Origin: Nannocystales bacterium
Lineage (GTDB): Bacteria > Myxococcota_A > Polyangia > Nannocystales > Nannocystaceae
Direction: 5' to 3'
DNA: 64,000 nucleotides
Assembly (NCBI GenBank): GCA_050633305.1
Contig: JBOEGF010000001.1
Span: 64,001-128,000, forward strand
Position 1 is the first letter of the stretch, and every line of letters starts with the position of its first letter. Made by a program: the position numbers and the translations under genes. Of this stretch, positions 41,509-50,629 are shown piece after piece. The notes below the pieces were generated by a model. That model saw only the letters and a program-made list of their open reading frames with translations, made no database searches and had not been told where the DNA came from.

Positions 41509-42933
41509 GTGGATCCTCAGCCGACGACCGAAGTCATGCCCAACGTACGACCGTCCACCCCGTTTGGGGCTGCGTCCCTCGCGACTGCCGCTGTCCTTGT
41601 TTCGTTGAGCGCCCCCAGCAGGGCGTCCGCGGCCGTGGAACCGGCCGCGGACGGAGTCGAGTCCGCCGCCGAAACCCCGTCGGGCGACGCCCCCACGGAC
41701 AGCGGCGACGAGACGCCAGCACAAGCGCCCGCCGATCGGTGGATCGACCGGTGGCCGCCGGAGCGGAATATGGTCGAGATCGGGGTCTTCGCGGGAATCG
41801 CCCTGCCGTCTCCACGGCTCGAGTTGTTCGAGCCGGACCTGACGCTGCCCGAGCAGGGCTTCAAGACGCTACGCAGTGTCTCGCCCGAGTTCGGCGGGCG
41901 CATCGGGTTCTATCCTCTGCGATTTCTCGGCGCGGAACTCGAAGGCGCGGTGGTCCCTGCCCGCACCGACGTGGACGGCGACCGCGCGACACTGTGGGCC
42001 TTTCGCGGTCATGCCATTGCGCAGCTTCCTCGATGGAGTGTGACGCCATTCGTCCTTGCGGGTCCCTCAGCGCTCGGCGTGGCCAGTGGTCGGAACGCCC
42101 TGGGGCGAGATGTTGACCTCGGGTTTCATTTCGGCGCTGGGGTCAAGGCGTTCATCACCCGCCGGATCGCTCTGCGGTTTGATCTTCGAGACACGCTGAC
42201 CGCCAAACGCGGAATCTCCGATGGGGTCGGGCATACCGTCGAGCTGCTCGCTGGGGTTAGCGTGACGCTCAACCGCAGGAAGCGACGCGCCGCATCAGAC
42301 CGCGACGGTGACGGAATCCTCGACGCCGACGATGCGTGTATCGACGTTCCGGGTGTACCCCAGCGACAGGGCTGTCCTGTCGGGGATCGTGACGGCGACG
42401 GGGTGCTCGATCCCGACGATGCTTGCATCACGATTCCAGGGATCGCGGAGTACGACGGGTGTCCGATTCCCGACACTGATGAAGATGGGATCCTCGACCC
42501 CCAAGACGCCTGCGTCGAGGAGCCTGAGACCGCCAACGGATTCGAAGACAAGGACGGTTGCCCGGACGCGCTGCCTGACGAGATTCGGGACTTCACCGGG
42601 GTGATCGAGGGCATCTACTTCGACACCAACAAGGACACCATCAAGCCGCGCTCGCGCGCCAAACTCGACCACGCGGCCGAGGTCCTGACGAACTTCCCCT
42701 CGGTCAGCGTCGAGATCTCCGGACACACCGACGACCGCGGGGACGACGAGTACAACCGGGAACTCTCGACCCGGCGCGCGGAGTCTGTCCGCGATTACCT
42801 CGTGGAGCACGGGGTCGCCAATGACCGTCTGCGGACTCGGGGTGTGGGCGAGGCCGAGCCTCGAGAGGACAACACCACCAGCCGCGGTCGAGCGAAGAAC
42901 CGCCGCATCGAATTCAAACTCATCTCTCAGTAG
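41509..42933 (+). CDS. OmpA-family protein (beta-barrel + TSP3 repeats + OmpA_C), paralog 2
   Basis: WIDRWPPERNMVEIGVF like paralog 1; 3x D.DGDGILD..DAC; GHTDDRG, RRAESV, KNRRIEF. Confidence 0.9.
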   Translation: MDPQPTTEVMPNVRPSTPFGAASLATAAVLVSLSAPSRASAAVEPAADGVESAAETPSGDAPTDSGDETPAQAPADRWIDRWPPERNMVEIGVFAGIALPSPRLELFEPDLTLPEQGFKTLRSVSPEFGGRIGFYPLRFLGAELEGAVVPARTDVDGDRATLWAFRGHAIAQLPRWSVTPFVLAGPSALGVASGRNALGRDVDLGFHFGAGVKAFITRRIALRFDLRDTLTAKRGISDGVGHTVELLAGVSVTLNRRKRRAASDRDGDGILDADDACIDVPGVPQRQGCPVGDRDGDGVLDPDDACITIPGIAEYDGCPIPDTDEDGILDPQDACVEEPETANGFEDKDGCPDALPDEIRDFTGVIEGIYFDTNKDTIKPRSRAKLDHAAEVLTNFPSVSVEISGHTDDRGDDEYNRELSTRRAESVRDYLVEHGVANDRLRTRGVGEAEPREDNTTSRGRAKNRRIEFKLISQ

Positions 42934-42943
42934 GCCATCGACC

Positions 42944-44650
42944 ATGAACCACGCAAAAACCATCTCGACGATTCTCCCTTTGTGCTTGGCCAGCTTGGGT
43001 GCTTGTGCCGACCCGTGCTTCGATGACGGGCTCGGCCAGAAACACGGTGACGCGACCGCTTGTGCGGCGCTCGCTTCGGCGAGTGCGACGGAGACCAACG
43101 GCAACGAGACCGCGGGGGGCGATTGCGACAACGGAGTTCAGGACGGCGACGAGACGGATGTGGACTGCGGCGGCTCGTGCATGGCGGGCTGCGGGATGGG
43201 GGAGGGCTGCGTCGAAAACGGGGACTGCGAGTCCAACGACTGTGATGCCGATGCCGGCTCGTGTGGGGCCGGAGACTCCGGTGGAGGCTCCGGTGGAGGT
43301 GGAACCGCAGCGGACGGGACCGCGGGCGGAGGGTCGTGCGACGACGGCATGCAGAACCAAGACGAGACGGATGTGGACTGCGGGGGGTCATGCGGCGCGA
43401 CCTGTGAGGGCGGCGAGGTCTGCTCGGACGGTGGCGACTGTGTCAGTGATGCTTGTGGCGACGACGGCACCTGCGAGGACGGGACACTGTGGTGCTCAGA
43501 CACCGATGGCGACGGCTTTGGCGACCCCGACGTGTGTACGACGGTTCCCGACGGTGAGACGCCGCCCGATGGGACCGTGGACAACGACGACGACTGCGAC
43601 GACAACAACGCGTCCACCTTTCCGGGCGCCGCGCCCAATGATGACGCCGTGGCTTGCATGAAAGACGAGGACGGCGACGACTGGGGAGACACCGATGTTC
43701 CCGATGGAGTACAGCCGGGTGCGGACTGTGACGACGGTGAGCAGAGCATTCCACCCGGTTGCATGTCGGTCGACGTGTCGGCGAATCCGGGCAACATCCT
43801 CTCCGGAGGCAGCTCTTCATTGCTCGCCGAGCCGATGTTGGGCGATGGCGATTACACCTTCGATTGGTCCCCGGCCGCCTCGTTGGACAACACAGGCATC
43901 GCAGGCCCCCAGGCCACGCCCGCAACTTCAACGACCTACCAGGTCGATGTCACCGACGGCCAAGGTGAGCAGGCGGCCGGTTTGGTCACCGTGCACGTCA
44001 CCGATACCGCGGTCCCATTGGCGCAATGCCAGCCGCTCGATGCTGCCGCCCTCGGCGTCGACCTCGGCAACCACCCGACGCCGTTGTGGGCGTACACCAA
44101 CGACGACACCCAGGCGTGCGAGACCGCCAACGGAGACCCCGCCGCGCTCGTCTGCGACATCGTCCTCGATGATGCGAGCTTCACCAGCCGCTTCGAGGTC
44201 CAAAGCAACGACGACGATGACCAGCTCGGATTCGTGTGGGGCTACCAGGACGCGGGGCACTTCTATCTGTTCACCTGGCGTGCCGAGGACCAGACGTGGA
44301 GCAACTGTGGCGACACGTTTGCCCCCGAGGGCATGGTGGTCAAGCGCATCGACGCCGGCTTGCCCCTGGCATGCGAGGACCTCCTCGGCGTCGCGGACAC
44401 TCCCAACTCGACCACGCTGCTCGACCCCGACGACCTCTCCGACCAAGGTTGGAACTACAACGAGGAGTACGTCTTCGAGCTCAGCCACGCCCCGCAGGAC
44501 TTCACGATGACCGTGCGGCGGGCCGCCGATGACTCCGTCGTTGCGCAAGCAACCGTCGTCGACGATACGTACCCGTCCGGCCGGTTCGGGCCGTATACGT
44601 TCTCGCAAGAAGGCAGCTGCTTCTGGGAGCTGCACACGTCCGCGAACTAA
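42944..44650 (+). CDS. Cys/Asp-rich lipoprotein with thrombospondin C-terminal (TSP_C)-like domain
   Basis: Lipobox LGAC; 2x DETDVDCGGSC; DCDD..FPGA; Ig-like YTFDWSP..L; DDDQLGFVWGYQD..HFYLFTW. Confidence 0.8.
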   Translation: MNHAKTISTILPLCLASLGACADPCFDDGLGQKHGDATACAALASASATETNGNETAGGDCDNGVQDGDETDVDCGGSCMAGCGMGEGCVENGDCESNDCDADAGSCGAGDSGGGSGGGGTAADGTAGGGSCDDGMQNQDETDVDCGGSCGATCEGGEVCSDGGDCVSDACGDDGTCEDGTLWCSDTDGDGFGDPDVCTTVPDGETPPDGTVDNDDDCDDNNASTFPGAAPNDDAVACMKDEDGDDWGDTDVPDGVQPGADCDDGEQSIPPGCMSVDVSANPGNILSGGSSSLLAEPMLGDGDYTFDWSPAASLDNTGIAGPQATPATSTTYQVDVTDGQGEQAAGLVTVHVTDTAVPLAQCQPLDAAALGVDLGNHPTPLWAYTNDDTQACETANGDPAALVCDIVLDDASFTSRFEVQSNDDDDQLGFVWGYQDAGHFYLFTWRAEDQTWSNCGDTFAPEGMVVKRIDAGLPLACEDLLGVADTPNSTTLLDPDDLSDQGWNYNEEYVFELSHAPQDFTMTVRRAADDSVVAQATVVDDTYPSGRFGPYTFSQEGSCFWELHTSAN

Positions 44651-44743
44651 GGGCGAAGCGGCAAACGAAGATAGAGGCGGAAGCTCGGACGCCCGCGACG
44701 GTTCAGGGGGCGAACGCCGAACCTGTCCTCGTGCGACACAAAC

Positions 44744-44772
44744 AAAGAAGCCGCCCGGTTGGGGGCGGCTTC
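44744..44772 (-). terminator. Terminator downstream of tRNA-Gly
   Basis: gaagccgccc...gggcggcttc hairpin followed by TTT on the minus strand. Confidence 0.75.
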
Positions 44773-44774
44773 AA

Positions 44775-44847
44775 AGCGGGCTATGGGATTCGAACCCACG
44801 GCTTCGACCTTGGGAAGGTCGCGCTCTACCAACTGAGCTAAGCCCGC
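44775..44847 (-). tRNA. tRNA-Gly (anticodon CCC); CCA not encoded
   Basis: GCGGGCTTAGCTCAGTTGGTAGAGCGCGACCTTCCCAAGGTCGAAGCCGTGGGTTCGAATCCCATAGCCCGCT folds as a cloverleaf. Confidence 0.95.
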
Positions 44848-45332
44848 GCGGGTCCGCACCATCGCAGAGGTTCGCCGATGCTCGCAAGCGCTCCTGCGAA
44901 AGCGTGTCTGGGGCCCAGTTTGGGCCACTTCTGTGAGCGGGGCGCAGGGATCGCACCGGGCGGGGAGGTGCGGAACCGTCGTTCGTTGTGGGGGGCGGTG
45001 GGGTCCGGTCATGCCTGGGGGACGCCGGTTCGCTTCCTCGGCTGGGGCCCGTCGGACCCGCGACGTGTCTCAAAGGTGCCCCTGCATGCGCGGTGCCGCG
45101 CAGCAACCTGTCCGCGTTGCGTCGGGTCGGGCGAGGTATGTGTCCGCCATGGACAGGCGCTCGCGCATCAGGATCAGGCGCGCTCCGGCCGCGCGGCACG
45201 GCGTGGGCTCTCGATCTGACCCGTGGCGAGGCGCGAAAGTGGGGTGTGGGCTGGAGCCCCCATTGGGGGGCACGGCAAAAAATCAGCGAATTCCCCCTCT
45301 GAATGGCCGCCTAGAGGCGATACTGGCTGGGC

Positions 45333-46664
45333 GTGAGGTTCTTAGGTGGAAGCTCGACCGCCTCACAGCGAGACGTCGACCGATTACGAGGACGGAGCCT
45401 TTCCGGCGTCCTGGTACTGCTGATCATCGGAACCCTGACCCAGGGGGTCACCTACGTGATGGACCGTCGGGCAGAGGCCACCGAAGAGGCACTCAGCCAG
45501 GCGGGCGGACTGGGTGCGGCCGCGGCCGATGTCGAGGCGACCGCGCGCCGGTTGGAGCGCTCCCCGAGTGCTCCGGGAAGCCGCGATGTGCTTGACCAGA
45601 GCGTCGCGACGCTCAAAGCCGAAGCGGTAGGGCTCCCCGACTCGGTGCTCGACCCTCGGGCTGATGTGTCCGGCTGGGGACGCGTTGTGTTGGCGCTGGA
45701 GTCCGTGACTGCCGAAGCCGGTGCGATCGGTGCGGACACGGTGGTGGAGGTTCGGGCAGCACAACGCCTGCGCGCCCGTGCGGTGGCGCTTCGTGACGAA
45801 GCGGACGCCGTCCGCACGCAGGTCGAACTCGATGCTCAGCAGAGCCGCGAGCGGCTTCGATGGCTTTCGTGGAGTACGTGGGCGGTGCTCGTCGGGTCGA
45901 TCATCGGTGTCTCGCGATGGGTCTTCTCAGCGGCCCTCGCTCAGCTCGACCGCGATGGCGAAGACCTGGCAGAGGCGGAACGAGCGGTGCTCGACGCGGC
46001 GGACGGTGAACGTGCCCGCTTGGGACAGGAGCTGCACGACGGACTGTGTCAGCAACTGGGCGGGTTGCGGTTGCTGGCGACCGCGGCACAGCGCGGGTCG
46101 TCCGAGCCTGCCACCCGGGAGTCGCTTGCGACGCTCGAAGGTCAGGCTGGCAAGGCTCTCGAGATGGCGCGGGCACTCTCGCATGGTCTGTACCCCGGCG
46201 ACGTTCGGGCGGAAAACCTCGCGGGCGCGCTGGAGCGACTCGGGACCGAAATCGCCGAGCTGGGCGGATTCGACTTCTCCTTCGAGGGACCCTCCACGCT
46301 GCCGCCGACGATCTCCGATGCGGATGCGATGCAGCTGTACCGGATCGCCCAAGAGGCGCTGTCCAACGCGGCTCGCCACGGCAACCCCGGCGGCCTTCGG
46401 GTTTCGCTGCTCGCCGACCCGCTGACACTGCGGGTGGAGGATGATGGCGTGGGCCTGTCCTCGACCCACGATGGCACCACGACCGCGGGTGTTGGGCTGA
46501 GCAGCATGCACGCTCGGGCTCGAGCCATGGATGCCCGGATCAAGTTTTTCTCGACGCCTCAGGAGGGCACTCGGATCGTGGTGACGCGCTCCGAGGGGAC
46601 GATCGAGTTCGATGCCCTTGCAGAGATTCCCGTGACGCCGCTGACCCCCTGGACGAGACCATGA
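45333..46664 (+). CDS. Membrane sensor histidine kinase (HisKA_3, NarX/DesK type)
   Basis: Two TM segments; ERARLGQELHDGLCQ, QEALSNAARH, DDGVG, GVGLSSM. Confidence 0.92.
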   Translation: MRFLGGSSTASQRDVDRLRGRSLSGVLVLLIIGTLTQGVTYVMDRRAEATEEALSQAGGLGAAAADVEATARRLERSPSAPGSRDVLDQSVATLKAEAVGLPDSVLDPRADVSGWGRVVLALESVTAEAGAIGADTVVEVRAAQRLRARAVALRDEADAVRTQVELDAQQSRERLRWLSWSTWAVLVGSIIGVSRWVFSAALAQLDRDGEDLAEAERAVLDAADGERARLGQELHDGLCQQLGGLRLLATAAQRGSSEPATRESLATLEGQAGKALEMARALSHGLYPGDVRAENLAGALERLGTEIAELGGFDFSFEGPSTLPPTISDADAMQLYRIAQEALSNAARHGNPGGLRVSLLADPLTLRVEDDGVGLSSTHDGTTTAGVGLSSMHARARAMDARIKFFSTPQEGTRIVVTRSEGTIEFDALAEIPVTPLTPWTRP

Positions 46665-47362
46665 CCGAAGCTCAAAAGAAGACCATCCTCATCGTTGACG
46701 ACCACCCCGTGTTTCGCCACGGCCTCAGTGCCTTGGTGCGAGCCCAGCCTGACTTGGAGGTCGTGGGCGAGGCGACCTCGCTGGACGACGCGAAAGACAA
46801 GCTGACCGCCGTCAAGCCGGACGCCGTCGTCGTTGACCTCGCGCTGGGAGACTCCAGCGGTCTCGAGTTGGTGAGGCACATCGCCGCCAACAGTCTCGAG
46901 GTCCCCTCGTTGGTGGTCTCGATGCATGATGAGGCTCTGTTCGCCGACCGAGCATTGCGGACGGGAGCTGCGGGGTACCTGATGAAGAGCTCCAGCCCCG
47001 ACGTCTTGTTGGACGGCATCCGGAAGGTGAGCTCCGGCGAGCAGGTGGTGAGCGAAAAACTCAGCGCCGCATGGACCAAGGGCGGGGCCGACCCGGTCGG
47101 CAAGGGCGAGGATCCGCTCGCGCGCCTGTCGACCCGGGAGATGGAGGTCTTCGAGTTGATGGGCCGCGGACTTCGGACCCGCGAAATCTCGACGCAGCTG
47201 TCGATCAGCGTGAAGACGGTGGAGACCCATCAGAGCAACACGAAGCAAAAACTTGGTCTCACCAACGCGACCCAGCTGCTCCGTGCTGCGCTTGCGTGGC
47301 AGAACGGTATTCGTCTTGACCCGGCCCATCCGGGCAACGCGGAGCGTGTCAGCAACGCGTGA
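46661..47362 (+). CDS. NarL/LuxR family response regulator
   Basis: IVDDH REC domain; LSTREMEV...TVETH HTH; ATGA overlap with the kinase. Confidence 0.95.
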   Translation: MTEAQKKTILIVDDHPVFRHGLSALVRAQPDLEVVGEATSLDDAKDKLTAVKPDAVVVDLALGDSSGLELVRHIAANSLEVPSLVVSMHDEALFADRALRTGAAGYLMKSSSPDVLLDGIRKVSSGEQVVSEKLSAAWTKGGADPVGKGEDPLARLSTREMEVFELMGRGLRTREISTQLSISVKTVETHQSNTKQKLGLTNATQLLRAALAWQNGIRLDPAHPGNAERVSNA

Positions 47363-47907
47363 GCGCCGACAAGGCTGCGCTTCGATCGTCTCAGCGGGGG
47401 CGGTCACTGGGCCCCGAGCAACGGGCGCAACAAAGTGAGCGGCTGCGGACGCGGCTGTGTTCCCTCGACATCATCGTCGAGACGAACACCGTCGCGTTGT
47501 TCGTTGGGGTCGCCCACGAGCCGGAGATGCGTGGCGTGTTTGAAGCGCTTGCGCCTCGCCGCCGATGGCTTCCCAGGGTCGTCGGGCCACACGCGCTGCA
47601 GTGGTGCGAAGTGTCCGACTGGGCAGCGCTGCGACCCGGTCGTTTTGGCATCCCCGAGCCCGCGAGCGAGGGCGTTGCGAGCTTGCCCGCGGAGGTGGAG
47701 GTGGTGCTCGTGCCGGGCCTCGCATTCGACGCACGAGGGGGTCGACTCGGCTGGGGCCGGGGTTACTACGACCGCACCCTCGCCTTGGCCCCAGGCGCGT
47801 GCCGCGTGGGCGTGTGCTTGGAGGGAGGCCTCGTCGACGCCGTACCGATGGAGGCCCACGATCTGCGCATGCACGCCGTCGTAACGCCTTGCGCGGTGTA
47901 CCTTTGA
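47359..47907 (+). CDS. 5-formyltetrahydrofolate cyclo-ligase
   Basis: K.ALR, FGIPEP, VPGLAFD..GGRLGWGRGYYDR, EAHD. Confidence 0.92.
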   Translation: MSADKAALRSSQRGRSLGPEQRAQQSERLRTRLCSLDIIVETNTVALFVGVAHEPEMRGVFEALAPRRRWLPRVVGPHALQWCEVSDWAALRPGRFGIPEPASEGVASLPAEVEVVLVPGLAFDARGGRLGWGRGYYDRTLALAPGACRVGVCLEGGLVDAVPMEAHDLRMHAVVTPCAVYL

Positions 47908-47965
47908 GGAAACGCACGGATCCGTACGCGGTAACCTCCGGCCTGTGTACCCGTTGGGTTCAGTG

Positions 47966-48481
47966 GTGACTTCGAACGTCTTGTCCTCCCGCGCCGCGCT
48001 GGCTGCTGGCTTTGTTTCGCTGGTGCTCTGGGGCTGTGACGGCGACGCCGAGCCCGCGGCACAAGGGGCGAGACCCTCCGGCGCACCGGCGGTCGCATCC
48101 GAGGTCGATCCCGATGCGCCTCGCTTCGAGGTTCATGTCGAGGCGCCGTCCAAGGCGGCTGCGGGCAAGGAGACGCTGGCCAAGGTTCATGTCGAGCCGC
48201 AGAAGCCCTGGCACATCAACACCGACTTCCCGGTCGCGCTACGCATCAAGGCCCCTAACGGCGTGACGGTCGAGGTACCCAAGCAGCGCAAAGATGATGC
48301 CGAGCGTTTCGACGACGACGGCCTGGTGTTTGCGTTGCCGTTCACGCCGACGACGGATGGCTCGAAGAGGTTCGCTGGCGAGGTCGACTTCGCGGTTTGT
48401 GGTGGTGCTGCCTGCGCTCCCGAGACCGTGCCGGTCGACTTCACCATCGAAGTCGGTTGTGACAGCGGCGCACTCTGTTAG
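47966..48481 (+). CDS. Lipoprotein with DsbD N-terminal-like Ig fold
   Basis: Lipobox LWGC; PWHIN..FP; C-terminal FAVC...AC.P pair; start uncertain. Confidence 0.65.
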   Translation: MTSNVLSSRAALAAGFVSLVLWGCDGDAEPAAQGARPSGAPAVASEVDPDAPRFEVHVEAPSKAAAGKETLAKVHVEPQKPWHINTDFPVALRIKAPNGVTVEVPKQRKDDAERFDDDGLVFALPFTPTTDGSKRFAGEVDFAVCGGAACAPETVPVDFTIEVGCDSGALC

Positions 48482-48523
48482 CGGTCGGCAAGTCTTCCGC
48501 CCGCCGGTGTCACCGCACTCGGT

Positions 48524-49873
48524 TTGTGCGGGGTTTTGTCGGATACTGCGGCGGTGTTTGGGTTTGGGTTCGGAACGCTCGCAACCGCTGCTCTACTGCT
48601 TCAGCCCGGATCGCTGGGCGTAGAGCCACCCCCGGTCCTCCCAATCGTCGGCGGGGACGAAGCGGGGTCTTGCGAGTTTCCGTTTGCCGTCGCCATCTTG
48701 GAAGATGACGAGACGCCGGTGATGTGCACCGGGACGCTTGTGAACCCCAGCGTGGTCACGCTCGCAGCCCACTGCGTGAATCCGGAGCGTCCCATCGTCG
48801 GGGTCGGGTTCGGCGAGCAGGGCCAGGGCGAGACGGGACCGCAGCGTGTCGTCGGGGTGGAGGACTGCGTGGGGCACCCGCAGTACTTCGAGGAGGGCTT
48901 TCCGGACATCGCATACTGCACCCTCGCGGAGCCGGTGTTGGACGTGGAGATCATGCCGATCTTGGCGGGATGCGAACTTGAGCTGCTCGAGGTGGGCGCC
49001 GAGGTGACGATCGTGGGGTTTGGTGCGTCGTTTGGGACGTACGTTGCAGGGGAGCTCGAAGCCGAGGGCGTCGGTCCCAAGCGCTACACGACGCAGACGA
49101 TCGAGACGATCGATGCGGCTGAAGACGAGGTCGACATGGTCGGCCCGGATGGCTCCGATTCGGCCTGTTTTGGTGACTCCGGCGGGCCCGCGTTGATCGA
49201 GCTACCCGACGGGACCTGGCGCGTGTTTGGTGCTGCGTCCAGGCTCTACGATCCGGGCGGTTTCCCGGGACCCGAGCTGCCCGGGAACTTCTGCGGGGTC
49301 GGCGTGACCTACGGCCTGCTCACGACGCAGCTCGACTGGCTGCAGGCCGAGTCTGGATACGACCTGACCCCATGCCACGACGCGTCGGGTGACTGGGCTC
49401 CAGGAGCGGACTGTGGCGGTTTCCCGATGGACCCCGAGTTGGGGGTAGGAACCTGGAAGAACGGCTGTGTCGGCGGTGCGGTCGGCGGTGGGGAGCCGCT
49501 GTGCGAGGACGCGGTCGGGACGTCGAGCACCGGAGGCGACCCGACCGAGGGTGATGATTCCACCACCGGGGATGACTCCACCACGACGGCCTCGGAGGGA
49601 ACCGTGACTGGGGAGCCGTCGAGCAGCGGCGTGGGTGCGGGGACCGGAGGCGGCACCGGGGATGGGACGATGGGCACCACTGCAGGCGAGCCCCCCGGTG
49701 ATAGCGGTGCAACCTCGCCGACCTTGCCCGGAACCACGACCGCCGGGGAGTCCTCGAGCGGCGAAGCCCGGGCGGACGGTGAGGGCTCCGGCTGTGGCTG
49801 TACGCAGGGTGGGGGACCCGCTGGCGCCCTGTGGCTGGGCGTGGGCCTACTCGGGCTCCGCCGTCGGCGCTGA
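48524..49873 (+). CDS. Trypsin-like (S1) serine protease with MYXO-CTERM-like tail
   Basis: IVGG, CTGTL, TLAAHC, DIA, GDSGGP; GCGC...LWLGVGLLGLRRRR; start uncertain. Confidence 0.9.
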   Translation: MCGVLSDTAAVFGFGFGTLATAALLLQPGSLGVEPPPVLPIVGGDEAGSCEFPFAVAILEDDETPVMCTGTLVNPSVVTLAAHCVNPERPIVGVGFGEQGQGETGPQRVVGVEDCVGHPQYFEEGFPDIAYCTLAEPVLDVEIMPILAGCELELLEVGAEVTIVGFGASFGTYVAGELEAEGVGPKRYTTQTIETIDAAEDEVDMVGPDGSDSACFGDSGGPALIELPDGTWRVFGAASRLYDPGGFPGPELPGNFCGVGVTYGLLTTQLDWLQAESGYDLTPCHDASGDWAPGADCGGFPMDPELGVGTWKNGCVGGAVGGGEPLCEDAVGTSSTGGDPTEGDDSTTGDDSTTTASEGTVTGEPSSSGVGAGTGGGTGDGTMGTTAGEPPGDSGATSPTLPGTTTAGESSSGEARADGEGSGCGCTQGGGPAGALWLGVGLLGLRRRR

Positions 49874-50629
49874 AGCGTCCTGGACCGCATCGACGACCAT
49901 CTGTGCGAGCGTAGCCAACGACGCCTCGCCTTCTTCGGCGGTCGCCTTGGCTGGTGCGCCGCAGTAGGCCTGCTCCAGGCCGCACTCGGCGAAGTTCTTG
50001 GCCCCCGCGGCGATTTTCTCGTGCAAGGGAAGCTCGAGCGAGGGCAGGGCGACTGCCGCCGCGGTATCGACGAGCTCTGGCTCAATCGCGAGGATCAAGC
50101 TGGTCTCGTATTGACCGGCGTGACAGGAGCCGCTCTGAAACTCGGCGGTGAGTTTCTGTGCCTGCTTGCGGCGGGTCTTGTCGACGAACAGGAGCGCCGT
50201 TCCGGTCTGGGCTTCGTAGTCCTTGGCGACGGCACGAAGCGTTTGGATGTGGCCCGGCTCGAGGTGTGCGTTGGTGAGCACCACGTGGTCGAACCCAAGG
50301 CGATGGGCGGACAAGCACGCTTGCAACACCAGCGGGCCGATCACGTCGGCACCGATGCTGGTCGTCCCGGCAAACCCTTCGGCCCAGTCGGTCACGCCGT
50401 AGTGCAGCGGCGGATAGTGGACCGCGAGGTAGCCACGCTGGGCCAAGGCGGTGGCGGCTCGTTCTGCGATGGCCGTCGAGATGAGCGTGTCCGTACCCAG
50501 GGGCAGGTGCGGGCCATGAGCCTCGACGCTGCCCGCCGGGATGATAGCGACCGAGCGCTCGGCCTCCCCGAGGGCCTTGGCGACCTGCGGATACCGCATG
50601 CCGAACAGTGCGTGAGCTGAGCCGGTCAT
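49847..50629 (-). CDS. Creatininase family amidohydrolase
   Basis: IPAGSVEAHGPHLPLGTD, NAH, HAGQYETS. Confidence 0.9.
   Translation of the reverse strand: MTGSAHALFGMRYPQVAKALGEAERSVAIIPAGSVEAHGPHLPLGTDTLISTAIAERAATALAQRGYLAVHYPPLHYGVTDWAEGFAGTTSIGADVIGPLVLQACLSAHRLGFDHVVLTNAHLEPGHIQTLRAVAKDYEAQTGTALLFVDKTRRKQAQKLTAEFQSGSCHAGQYETSLILAIEPELVDTAAAVALPSLELPLHEKIAAGAKNFAECGLEQAYCGAPAKATAEEGEASLATLAQMVVDAVQDASAPTAEPE

Noticed and set aside
44775..44847. tRNA-Gly as an active integration site
   Set aside because: No integrase is present, and I found no duplicated tRNA 3' end (att site) in the window by eye.
49847..49873. 27-bp 3' overlap of the convergent protease and creatininase genes
   Set aside because: Short convergent overlaps are common in compact high-GC genomes.
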